64,000 nt of DNA from Phyllobates terribilis (Eukaryota), in NCBI RefSeq assembly GCF_046119375.1, contig NW_027362769.1, positions 414,718,001-414,782,000 on the forward strand, in the 5' to 3' direction. The position numbers and the translations under genes were made by a program. The notes below the pieces were generated by a model. That model ran no database searches. It was not told the DNA's origin and saw only the letters and a list, made by a program, of their open reading frames with translations. Shown piece after piece: positions 35,864-47,161 of the stretch (position 1 is the stretch's first letter; the number at the start of each line of letters is the position of its first letter).

Positions 35864-38800
35864 ATGAACATGGAGCGCGGGAGCGACGGTGGAGTGCACC
35901 GGGTGAGAACCGGGAGAGAATGGGCCGGTGCGGGGATAGAAGAACCGGGGGGGACGGGGGCCGGTGCGGGGGGGAGAGAAGAACCGGGAGGGACGGGGGC
36001 CGGAGCGGGGGGAGAGAAGATCCGGGGGGGACGGGGGCCGGTGCGGGGGGAAGAGAAGAACCGGGAGGGACGGGGGCCGGTGCGGGGGGAGAGAAGAACC
36101 GGGAGGGACGGGGGCCGGTGCGGGGAGAGAAGAACTGGGGGGGACGGGGGCCGGTGCGGGGAGAGAAGAACCGGGAGGGACGGGGGCCGGTGCGGGGATA
36201 GAAGAACCGGGAGGGACGGGGGCCGGTGCGGGGATAGAAGAACCGGGGGGGACGGGGGCCGGTGCGGGGAGAGAAGAACGGGGGGGGGGCAGGGGCCGGT
36301 GCGGGGGGAGAGAAGACCCGGGGGGGACGGGGGCCGGTGCAGGGAGAGAGAAGAACCGGGGGGGGGGCGGCGGCCGGTGCGGGGGGAGAGAAGAACTGGG
36401 GGGGACGGGGGCCGTTGCGGGGAGAGAAGAACCGGGAGGGATGGGGGCCGGTGCGGGGGGAGAGAAGAACCGGGAGAGAATGGGCCGGTGCGGGGCTAGA
36501 AGAACCGGGGGGGCAGGGGCCGGTGCGGGAAGAGAAGAACCGGGAGGGATGGGGGCCGGTGCGGGGAGAGAAGAACCGGGAGGGACGGGGGCCGGTGCGG
36601 GGATAGAAGAACCGGGGGGGACGGGGGCCGGTGCGGGGAGAGAAGAACGGGGGGGGGCAGGGGCCGGTGCGGGGGGAGAGAAGACCCGGGGGGGACGGGG
36701 GCCGGTGCAGGGAGAGAACAACCGGGAGGGACGGGGGCCGGTGCGGGGGGAGAGAAGAACCGGGGGGGACGGGGGCCGGTGCGGGGAGAGAGAAGAACCG
36801 GGGGGGGGGCGGCGGCCGGTGCGGGGGGAGAGAAGAACTGGGGGGGACGGGGGCCGGTGCGGGGAGAGAGAAGAACCGGGGGGGGGGGCAGGGGCCGGTG
36901 CGGGGGGGAGAGATAAACCGGGGGGGACGGGGGCCGGTGCGGGGGGGAGAGAAGAACCGGGGGGGACGGGGGCCGGTGCGGGAAGAGAAGAACCGTGAGG
37001 GACGGGGGCCGTTGCGGGGAGAGAAGAACCGGGAGGGATGGGGGCCGGTGCGGGGGGAGAGAAGAACCGGGAGAGAATGGGCCGGTGCGGGGCTAGAAGA
37101 ACCGGGGGGGCAGGGGCCGGTGCGGGAAGAGAAGAACCGGGGGGGGCAGGGGCCGGTGCGGGGAGAGAAGAACCGGGGGGGGGGGGCAGGGGCCGGTGCG
37201 GGGGGAGAGAAAAACCGGGGGGGGCGGGGGCCGGTGCGGGGGGGAGAGAAGAACCGGGGGGGCGGGGGCCGGTGCGGGGGGGAGAGAAGAACCGGGGGGG
37301 ACGGGGGCCGGTGCGGGAAGAGAAGAACCGGGAGGGACGGGGGCCGTTGCGGGGAGAGAAGAACCGGGAGGGATGGGGGCCGGTGCGGGGATAGAAGAAC
37401 CGGGGGGGGCAGGGGCCGGTGCGGGAAGAGAAGGACCGGGGGGGGCAGGGGCCGGTGCGGGAAGAGAAGAACCGGGGGGGACGGGGCCCGGTGCGGGGAG
37501 AGAAGAACCGGGAGGGACGGGGCCCGGTGTGGGAAGAGAAGAACCAGGAGAGAATGGGCCGGTGCGGGGATAGAAGAACCGGTGGGGACGGGGGCCGGTG
37601 CGGGGGGAGAGAAGAACCGGGGGGGGGGCAGGGGCCGGTGCGGGGGGAGAGAAAAACCGGGGGGGACGGGGGCCGGTGCGGGGGGAGAGAAGAACCGGGG
37701 GGGGGGCAGGGGCCGGTGCGGGGGGAGAGAAAAACCGGGGGGGACGGGGGCCGGTGCGGGGGGGAGAGAAGAACCGGGGGGGACGGGGGCCGGTGCGGGG
37801 AGAGAAGAACCGGGGGGGACGGGGGCCGGTGCGGGGAGAGAAGAATCGGGAGGGACGGGGGCCGGTGCGGGGGGAGAGAAGAACCGGGAGAGAATGGGCC
37901 GGTGTGGGGGGAGAGAAGAACCGGGGAGGGGCAGGGGCCGGTGCGGGGGGAGAGAAGAACCGGGGGGGACGGGGGCCGGTGCGGGAAGAGAAGAACCGGG
38001 AGGGACGGGGGCCGGTGTGGGGTGAGAAGAACCGGGAGGGACGGGGGCCGTTGTGGGGAGAGAAGAACCGGGAGGGATGGGGGCCAGTGCGGGGGGAGAG
38101 AAGAACCGGGAGAGAATGGGTCAATGCGGGGATAGAAGAACCGGGGGGGGCGGGGGCCGGTGCGGGGAGAGAAGAACCGGGAGGGACGGGAGCCGGTGCG
38201 GGAAGAGAAGAACCGGGGGGGACGGGGGACGGTGCGGGGAGAGAGAAGAACCGGGAGAGAATGGGCCGGTGCGGGGATAGAAGAACCGGGGGGGACGTGG
38301 CCCGGTGCGGGGAGAGAAGAACCGGGGGGGACGTGGCCCGGTGCGGGGAGAGAAGAACCGGGAGGGACGGGGCCCGGTGCGGGGAGAGAAGAACCGGGAG
38401 GGATGGGGGCCGGTGCGGGGGGATAGAAGAACCGGGGGGGGGCAGGGGCCGGTGCGGGGAGAGAAGAACCGAGAGGGACGGGGGCCGGTGCGGGAAGAGA
38501 AGAACCGGGGGGACGGGGGCCGGTGCGGGGGGAGAGAAGAACCGGGAGAGAATGGGCCGGTGCGGGGATAGAAGAACCGGGGGGGGCAGGGCCCGGTGCG
38601 GGGACAGAAGAACCGGGGGGGGCAGGGCCCGGTGCGGGGAGAGAAGAACCGGGGGGACGGGGCCCGGTGCGGGAAGAGAAGAAACGGGGGGGACGGGGGC
38701 CGGTGCGGGAAGAGAAGAACCGGGGGTGACGGGGGCCGGTGCGGGGGGAGAGAAGAACCGGGAGAGAATGGGCCGGTGCGGGGATAGAAGAAGAACCGGG

Positions 38801-41800
38801 AGGGACGGGGGCTGGTGCGGGGATAGAAGAACCGGGGGGGACGGGGCCCGGTGCGGGGAGAGAAGAACCGGGAGGGACGGGGGCCGGTGCGGGAAGAGAA
38901 GAACCGGGAGGGACGGGGGCCGGTGCGGGGGGAGAGAAGAACCGGGAGAGAATGGGCCGGTGCGGGGATAGAAGAACCGGGGGGGACGGGGCCCGGTGCG
39001 GGGAGAGAAGAACCGGGAGGGACGGGGCCCGGTGTGGGGAGAGAAGAACCAGGAGAGAATGGGCCGGTGCGGGGATAGAAGAACCGGTGGGGACGGGGGC
39101 CGGTGCGGGGAGAGAAGAGGTGGGGGGTGGGCGGTGCGGGAAGAGAAGAACCGGGGGGGACGGGGGACGGTGCGGGGAGAGAGAAGAATCGGGAGAGAAT
39201 GGGCCGGTGCGGGGAGAGAAGAACCGGGAGGGACGAGGGCCGGTGCGGGGAGAGAAGAACCGGGAGGGATGGGGGCCGGTGCGGTGGGAGAGAAGAACCG
39301 GGAGAGAATGGGCCGGTGCGGGGGGAGAGAAGAACCGGGGGGGGGGCAGGGGCCGGTGCGGGGGGAGAGAAGATCCGGGGGGGACGGGGGCCGGTGCGGG
39401 AAGAGAAGAACCGGGAGGGACGGGGGCCGGTGCGGGGTGAGAAGAATCGGGAGGGACGGGGGCCGTTGTGGGGAGAGAAGAACCGGGAGGGATGGGGGCC
39501 GGTGCGGGGGGAGAGAAGAACCGGGAGAGAATGGGTCGGTGCGGGGATAGAAGAACCGGGGGGGGCGGGGGCCGGTGCGGGGAGAGAAGAACCGGGGGGG
39601 GCAGGGGCCGGTGCGGGGAGAGAAGAACCGGGAGGGACGGGAGCCGGTGCGGGAAGAGAAGAACCGGGGGGGACGGGGGACGGTGCGGGGAGAGAGAAGA
39701 ACCGGGAGAGAATGGGCCGGTGCGGGGATAGAAGAACCGGGGGGGACGGGGGCCGGTGCGGGGAGAGAAGAGGTGGGGGGTGGGCGGTGCGGGAAGAGAA
39801 GAACCGGGGGGGACGGGGGACGGTGCGGGGAGAGAGAAGAATCGGGAGAGAATGGGCCGGTGCGGGGAGAGAAGAACCGGGAGGGACGAGGGCCGGTGCG
39901 GGGAGAGAAGAACCGGGAGGGATGGGGGCCGGTGCGGTGGGAGAGAAGAACCGGGAGAGAATGGGCCGGTGCGGGGGGAGAGAAGAACCGGGGGGGGGGC
40001 AGGGGCCGGTGCGGGGGGAGAGAAGATCCGGGGGGGACGGGGGCCGGTGCGGGAAGAGAAGAACCGGGAGGGACGGGGGCCGGTGCGGGGTGAGAAGAAT
40101 CGGGAGGGACGGGGGCCGTTGTGGGGAGAGAAGAACCGGGAGGGATGGGGGCCGGTGCGGGGGGAGAGAAGAACCGGGAGAGAATGGGTCGGTGCGGGGA
40201 TAGAAGAACCGGGGGGGGCGGGGGCCGGTGCGGGGAGAGAAGAACCGGGGGGGGCAGGGGCCGGTGCGGGGAGAGAAGAACCGGGAGGGACGGGAGCCGG
40301 TGCGGGAAGAGAAGAACCGGGGGGGACGGGGGACGGTGCGGGGAGAGAGAAGAACCGGGAGAGAATGGGCCGGTGCGGGGATAGAAGAACCGGGGGGACG
40401 TGGCCCGGTGCGGGGAGAGAAGAACCGGGAGGGACGGGGCCCGGTGCGGGGAGAGAAGAACCGGGAGGGATGGGGGCCGGTGCGGGGGGAGAGAAGAACC
40501 GGTGCGGGGATAGAAGAACCGGGGGGGGCAGGGGCCGGTGCGGGGAGAGAAGAACCGGGAGGGACGGGGGCCGGTGCGGGAAGAAAAGAACCGGGGGGAC
40601 GGGGGCCGGTGCGGGGATAGAAGAATCGGGGGGGGGCGGGGCCCGGTGCGGGGAGAGAAGAACCGGGGGGGACGGGGCCCGGTGCGGGAAGAGAAGAACC
40701 GGGGGGGACGGGGGCCGGTGCGGGGATAGAAGAGCCGGGAGGGACGGGGGCCGGTGCGGGGAGAGAAGAACCGGGAGGGACGGGGGCCGGTGCGGGGAGA
40801 GAAGAACCGGGAGGGACGGGGGCCGGTGCGGGAAGAGAAGAACCGGGGGTGACGGGGGCCGGTGCGGGGGGAGAGAAGAACCGGGTGAGAATGGGCCGGT
40901 GCGGGGATAGAAGAAGAACCGGGAGGGACGGGGGCCGGTGCGGGGATAGAGGAACCGGGGGGGACGGGGCGCGATGCGGGGAGAGAAGAACCGGGAGGGA
41001 CGGGGGCCGGTGCGGGAAGAGAAGAACCGGGAGGGACGGGGGCCGGTGCGGGGGGAGAGAAGAACCGGGGGGGGGCAGGGGCCGGTGCGGGGGGAGAGAA
41101 AAACCGGGGGGGACGGGGGCCGGTGCGGGGGGGAGAGAAGAACCGGGGGGGACGGGGGCCGGTGCGGGAAGAGAAGAACCGGGAGGGACGGGGGCCGGTG
41201 CAGGGGGAGAGAAGAACCGGGAGGGATGGGGGCCGGTGCGGGGGGAGAGAAGAACCGGGAGAGAATGGGTCGGTGCGGGGATAGAAGAACCGGGGGGGGC
41301 GGGGGCCGGTGCGGGGAAAGAAGAACCGGGAGGGACGGGAGCCGGTGCGGGAAGAGAAGAACCGGGGGGAGGGGGGGGGACGGTGCGGGGAGAGAGAAGA
41401 ACCGGGAGAGAATGGGCCGGTGCGGGGATAGAAGAACCGGAGGGGACGTGGCCCGGTGCGGGGAGAGAAGATCCGGGAGGGACGGGGCCCGGTGCGGGGA
41501 GAGAAGAACCGGGAGGGACGGGGGCCGGTGCGGGAAGAGAAGAACCGGGGGGCCGGTGCGGGGGGAGAGAAGAACCGGGAGAGAATGGGCCGGTGCGGGG
41601 ATAGAAGAATCGGGGGGGGGCGGGGCCCGGTGCGGGGAGAGAAGAATCGGGGGGGGCGGGGCCCGGTGCGGGAAGAGAAGAACCGGGAGGGACGGGGGCC
41701 AGTGCGGGGAGAGAAGAACCGGGAGGGACGGGGGCCGGTGCGGGGAGAGAAGAACCGGGAGGGACGGGGGCCGGTGTGGGAAGAGAAGAACCGGGGGTGA

Positions 41801-44800
41801 CGGGGGCCGGTGCGGGGGGAGAGAAGAACCGGGAGAGAATGGGCCGGTGCGGGGATAGAAGAAGAACCGGGAGGGACGGGGGCCGGTGCGGGGATAGAGG
41901 AACCGGGGGGACGGGGCCGGTGCGGGGATAGAAGAACCGGGAGAGAATGGGCCGGTGCGGGGATAGAAGAACTGGGAGGGACGGGGGCCGGTGCGGGGAG
42001 AGAAGAACCGGGGGGGACGGGGGCCGGTGCGGGGAGAGAAGAACCGGGAGAGAATGGGCCGGTGCGGGAATAGAAGAACCGGGGGGGACGGGGGCCGGTG
42101 CGGGGAGAGAAGAACCGGGAGGGACGGGGGCCGGTGCGGGGAGAGAAGAACCGGGAGAGAATGGGCCGGTGCGGTGATAGAAGAACTGGGGGGGACGGGG
42201 CCCGGTGCGGGGTGAGAAGAACCGGGAGGGACGGGGGCCGGTGCGGGGAGAGAAGAACCGGGGGGGGACGGGGGCCCGGTGCGGGGAGAGAAGAACCGGG
42301 AGGGATGGGGGCTGTTGCGGGGAGAGAAGAACCGGGAGAGAATGGGCCGGTGCGGGGATAGAAGAACCGGGGGGGACGGGGCCCGGTGCGGGGAGAGAAG
42401 AGCAGGGGGGGAGGAGAGCCGGTGGGGAGGGGGGGGGCGGAGCGGGGTGAGAAAGAACGGGGGGTGGTGTGTGGACAGAACCTGGAAGGGCAGATTCATG
42501 TATCTGAGAGTTGGGGGCCAGACCCTTCCCCTTTCTGCTGTCTCCGGGGCCCAACATCTGCGGCTCCTATAATCTGTTTCTTCTTTTTCAGGAAAAGATA
42601 AAAACAAAAGTCTACATCTGGTAAATAATGCCCCTCCCCCCGCGCTCTCCCTCCCCCCGCGCTCTCCCTCCCCCCGCGCTCTCCCTCCCCCCGCGCTCTC
42701 CCTCCCCCGCGCTTTCTCTGCCCGTCCTTCCCCCTCGCTCTCTCTGTCTGCCCGTCCTTCCCCCTCGCTCTCTCTGTCTGCCCGTCCCTCCCCCGCGCTC
42801 TCTGTCTGCCCGTCCCTCCCCCGCTCTCTCTGTCTGCCCGTCCCTCCCCCGCGCTCTCTGTCTGCCCGTCCCTCCCCCGCGCTCTCTGTCTGCCCGTCCC
42901 TCCCCCGCGCTCTGTCTGCCCGTCCCTCCCCCGCGCTCTGTCTGCCCGTCCCTCCCCCGCGCTCTCTGTCTGCCCGTCCCTCCCCCGCGCTCTCTGTCTG
43001 CCCGTCCCTCCCCCGCGCTCTCTGTCTGCCCGTCCCTCCCCCGCGCTCTTTCTCTGCCCGTCCCTCCCCCGCGCTCTTTCTCTGCCCGTCCCTCCCCCGC
43101 GCTCTCTCTCTGCCCGTCCCTCCCCCGCGCTCTCTCTCTGCCCGTCCCTCCCCCGCGCTCTCTCTCTGCCCGTCCCTCCCCCGCGCTCTCTCTCTGCCCG
43201 TCCCTCCCCCGCGCTCTCTCTCTGCCCGTCCCTCCCCCGCGCTCTCTCTCTGCCCGTCCCTCCCCCGCGCTCTCTCTCTGCCCGTCCCTCCCCCGCGCTC
43301 TCTCTCTGCCCGTCCCTCCCCCGCGCTCTCTCTCTGCCCGTCCCTCCCCCGCGCTCTCTCTCTGCCCGTCCCTCCCCCGCGCTCTCTCTCTGCCCGTCCC
43401 TCCCCCGCGCTCTCTCTGCCCGTCCCTCCCCCGCGCTCTCTCTGCCCGTCCCTCCCCCGCGCTCTCTCTGCCCGTCCCTCCCCCGCGCTCTCTCTGCCCG
43501 TCCCTCCCCCGCGCTCTCTCTCTGCCCGTCCCTCCCCCGCGCTCTCTCTCTGCCCGTCCCTCCCCCGCGCTTTCTCTCTGCCCGTCCCTCCCCCGCGCTT
43601 TCTCTCTGCCCGTCCCTCCCCCGCGCTCTCTCTCTGCCCGTCCCTCCCCCGCGCTCTCTCTCTGCCCGTCCCTCCCCCTCGCGCTCTCTGCCCGTCCCTC
43701 CCCCTCGCGCTCTCTGCCCGTCCCTCCCCCTCGCGCTCTCTGCCCGTCCCTCCCCCTCGCGCTCTCTGCCCGTCCCTCCCCCTCGCGCTCTCTGCCCGTC
43801 CCTCCCCCTCGCGCTCTCTCTCTGCCCGTCCCTCCCCCTCGCGCTCTCTCTCTGCCCGTCCCTCCCCTCGCGCTCTCTCTCTCTGCCCGTCCCTCCCCCG
43901 CGCTCTCTCTGGCGGTCCCTCCCCCGCGCTCTCTCTCTGGCGGTCCCTCCCCCGCGCTCTCTCTCTGCCCGTCCCTCCCCCGCGCTCTCTCTCTGCCCGT
44001 CCCTCCCCCGCGCTCTCTCTCTGCCCGTCCCTCCCCCGCGCTCTCTCTCTGCCCGTCCCTCCCCCGCGCTCTCTCTCTGCCCGTCCCTCCCCCTCGCGCT
44101 CTCTGCCCGTCCCTCCCCCTCGCGCTCTCTCTCTGCCCGTCCCTCCCCTCGCGCTCTCTCTCTGCCCGTCCCTCCCCTCGCGCTCTCTCTCTGCCCGTCC
44201 CTCCCCTCGCGCTCTCTCTCTGCCCGTCCCTCCCCTCGCGCTCTCTCTCTGCCCTTCCCTCCCCTCGCGCTCTCTCTCTGCCCTTCCCTCCCCTCGCGCT
44301 CTCTCTCTGCCCGTCCCTCCCCCGCTCTCTCTCTCTCTGCCCTTCCCTCCCCCCGCGCTCTCTCTCTGCCCGTCCCTCCCCCGCTCTCTCTCTCTGCCCG
44401 TCCCTCCCCCGCTCTCTCTCTCTCTGCCCTTCCTTCCCCGCTCTCTCTCTCTGCCCGTCCCTCCCCTGCGCTCTCTCTCTCTGCCCGTCCCTCCCCCGCT
44501 CTCTCTCTCTCTGCCCGTCCCTCCCCCGCGCGCTCTCTCTCTGCCCGTTCCTCCCCCGCGCGCTCTCTCTCTGCCCGTCCCTCCCCCGCACTCTCTCTCT
44601 CTGCCCGTCCCTCCCCCGCTCTCTCTCTCTCTGCCCGTCCCTCCCCCGCGCGCTCTCTCTCTGCCCGTCCCTCCCCTGCGCTCTCTCTCTGCCCGTCCCT
44701 CCCCCGCTCTCTCTCTCTCCCCGTCCCTCCCCCGCTCTCTCTCTCTGCCCTTCCTTCCCCGCTCTCTGTCTGCCCGTCCCTCCCCCGCGCGCTCTCTCTC

Positions 44801-45756
44801 TGCCCGTCCCTCCCCCGCGCTCTCTCTCTGCCCGTCCCTCCCCCGCGCTCTCTCTGACCGTCCCTCCCCCGCGCGCTCTCTCTCTGACCGTCCCTCCCCC
44901 GCGCGCTCTCTCTGCCCGTCCCTCCCCCGCGCTCTCTCTCTGCCCGTCCCTCCCCCGCGCGCTCTCTCTCTGCCCGTCCCTCCCCCGCGCGCTCTCTCTC
45001 TGCCCGTCCCTCCCCCGCGCGCTCTCTCTCTGCCCGTCCCTCCCCCGCGCGCTCTCTCTCTGCCCGTCCCTCCCCCGCGCTCTCTCTCTCTGCCCGTCCC
45101 TCCCCCGCGCTCTCTCTCTCTGCCCGTCCCTCCCCCGCGCTCTCTCTCTCTTTGCCCGTCCCTCCCTCGCTCTCTCTGCCCGTCCCTCCCCCGCGCGCTC
45201 TCTCTCTGCCCGTCCCTCCCCCGCGCGCTCTCTCTCTGCCTGTCCCTCCCCCTCGCGCGCTCTCTCTGCCCCTCAGTCCTCACAGATTTTGCTCTCTCAG
45301 GAGTGATGTGACGGCAGGAGACCTGGACATGCTGGAGCGCACGCGGAGCACTGAGGATCTGCGCAGGTAGTGAGCCGCCCTGCTCCCGTATCATGTTAGC
45401 TCCCCCGACCTCCATCATCTGTCTCTCCCCAGAGCTCTAGGTGAATTACTGGATGTGCGGCTCCTCGGTGAGCCCCGCGCCTCCGCCGCGCTGGACCTTT
45501 ACTACCACACGCTGCGCTTCTGCTGGGACTGCGGCTGTAACCGAGAGCAGACGTCCTGCGTCCTGTCTGCGGTGAAGGAGACGCATGCGCTGTGTACAGG
45601 TGAGCCCCCGCCTGCTGCCTGTCGTGCTCTCTGCCCGTCGTGCCCGCCATGTGCGGACCCCCCCTAATGCTGCCTGTCATTGTAGGTTCACCTCTGGGGG
45701 ACGCTGTGGAGTGTCACCATCACCTCCAGGAGCAGCTGCTGCGTCACTCTGTACAT
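35864..45756 (+). CDS. cfap119: Cilia- and flagella-associated protein 119 (CCDC189/C16orf93 orthologue), first five coding exons only
   Basis: Exons 35864-35902, 42592-42620, 45301-45366, 45433-45599, 45686-45756; all GT-AG and in phase (372 nt). Translation MNMERGSDGGVHR-EKIKTKVYIW-SDVTAGDLDMLERTRSTEDLRR-ALGELL...LDLYYHTLRFCWDCGCNREQTSCVLSAVKETHALCTG-SPLGDAVECHHHLQEQLLRHSVH resembles recalled CFAP119 (ICxW, LDLFSHALIFC, EQTS, TPLGNVEEC). Head-to-head with RNF40 as in human. Remaining exons not found in the window; exon 1 is the least certain. Confidence 0.8.
35905..42412. repeat. ~36-bp purine/G-rich minisatellite (6.5 kb) in cfap119 intron 1
   Basis: Unit GAGAAGAACCGGGAGGGACGGGGGCCGGTGCGGGGA with variants; starts immediately after the donor. 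Confidence 0.96.
42632..45272. repeat. ~26-30-bp pyrimidine-rich minisatellite in cfap119 intron 2
   Basis: Unit (TC)nTGCCCGTCCCTCCCCCGCGC. Confidence 0.96.
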
Positions 45757-46019
45757 GTAAGTGGTGGAGCGCGGAGGCTGCAAAGTGGGGATGGCCCCAA
45801 ATGCTAACACACTGCACTGACACACAGAAACGGAGCCGTAGATCCCGGCCTCTCTGCGCGCGGTGTACGACGTGCCCCCCGCGCGCGCGCTGTACGACGC
45901 TGCACCCCCTCATACACGGCTGATGTGTAAGTGATAAATGTACTGCAGCGCAGATTCATCTCAGATAAAAGTCCAGACCCCGAGATCAGGAACAGGACAG
46001 ACATTTATAGGACATTTCA

Positions 46020-46154
46020 TAACTTTCCCCAATTCTAATGAAATAATATTCCCCACAAACTGCATTGAACTACTGCACCCAATTTATTTTAGGAGTCGGT
46101 CCATTTTATACCGACTCCGATTCCACCAAAATGGGCTTCGACTCCACAGCCCTG
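46020..46154. mobile_element. Possible DNA-transposon/MITE end abutting the Tc1 remnant
   Basis: GGAGTCGG...CCGACTCC inverted motifs and terminal GACTCCACAGCCCTG; abrupt junction with Tc1 coding sequence. Family not determinable. Confidence 0.35.
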
Positions 46155-46868
46155 GAAGACAGTGAAGCATGGTGGAAGCATCATGATATGGGCATGTGTC
46201 TCTAACTATGGTGTCAGACCTATTTACCGCATACCAGGGATCATGGACCGGTTTGCAGATATTAAAATACTTGAAGAGGTCATGTTGCCTTACGCTGAAG
46301 AGGAGATGCCCTTGAAATGGGGGTTTACACAAGACAACGACCCTAAACACACCAGTAAACCCGCAAAATCTTGGTTCCAGTCCAACAAAATTGATGTTAT
46401 GGAGCGGCCAGCCCAATCCCCGGACCTTAATCTGATAGGACACTTGTGAGGTGACATCAAAAATGTCATTTCTGAGGCAAAGCAACAAATGGCAAGAAAT
46501 TGTGGGATGTAGTGAAAGCCTCCTGGGCTGAATAACAGTGACAGGGGCCAGAAGATGGTTGACTCTATGCAACATAGATGTGACGCAGCTCTAAAAAACT
46601 GTGGGTAACAACTAAATATTAGGGTAGTGATTCACAGGAATGATAAATCCTCAAAAAGAGACAAATGCCGACACTGCTATATTGTAGAACAGAACAATGG
46701 TAATTTTTTGTTATTTTCTGTAAAGTAGTTAAAATTATCTACATTTCTCTTCATGTTGTGAATTAGAAAACAGCGAGCGATGTCCCCAATGCTGGAAATA
46801 ACAACTAGTGTAAAGATTCTGTGCTTCACTCAGGTTATTGACCACACTGCTATTATTTAACACTACTG
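46155..46868 (+). mobile_element. Tc1/mariner transposon 3' remnant (defective DD34E transposase plus right end)
   Basis: KHGGSIMIWAC...QDNDPKHTSK...PAQSPDLNLIGHL*; the position of the catalytic E reads G and is followed by TGA. Ends ...TTAACACTACTG|TA at 46868, a CAGT..-type TIR with TA target. Confidence 0.88.
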
Positions 46869-47161
46869 TACATATGAATATTGGAAAAAAATGAACTGCA
46901 ATACTGCTATAGAAAAATTACAGTAAAAGAAGGTACTTAGCGCATAAATTAGCCAAGATATGTGTGAGCCCAACAACCATCGTCAAGGCCTACCTCATTG
47001 TTGGGTCCCTATTCTGATAAGTCACCTCTCCTGGACTAAAAAACCTACAATTTATAGGGCAGGAAGGATCCAGCTAATTAAAACCACCTACGGATGATGG
47101 GAGTAGGAGTGCTCTGGTCAGGAGGAGTTTGCTACAAACAGACAAGCTGACCGGCACATCC

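Noticed and set aside
35720-45418. 3232-aa minus-strand ORF
   Set aside because: Concatenation of two intronic arrays; the real signal is the plus-strand spliced cfap119 exons.
46870-47160. Unique-looking segment before the 38-bp array, possibly the end of another retroelement
   Set aside because: No ORF, termini or TSD that I could verify; needs a repeat-library search.
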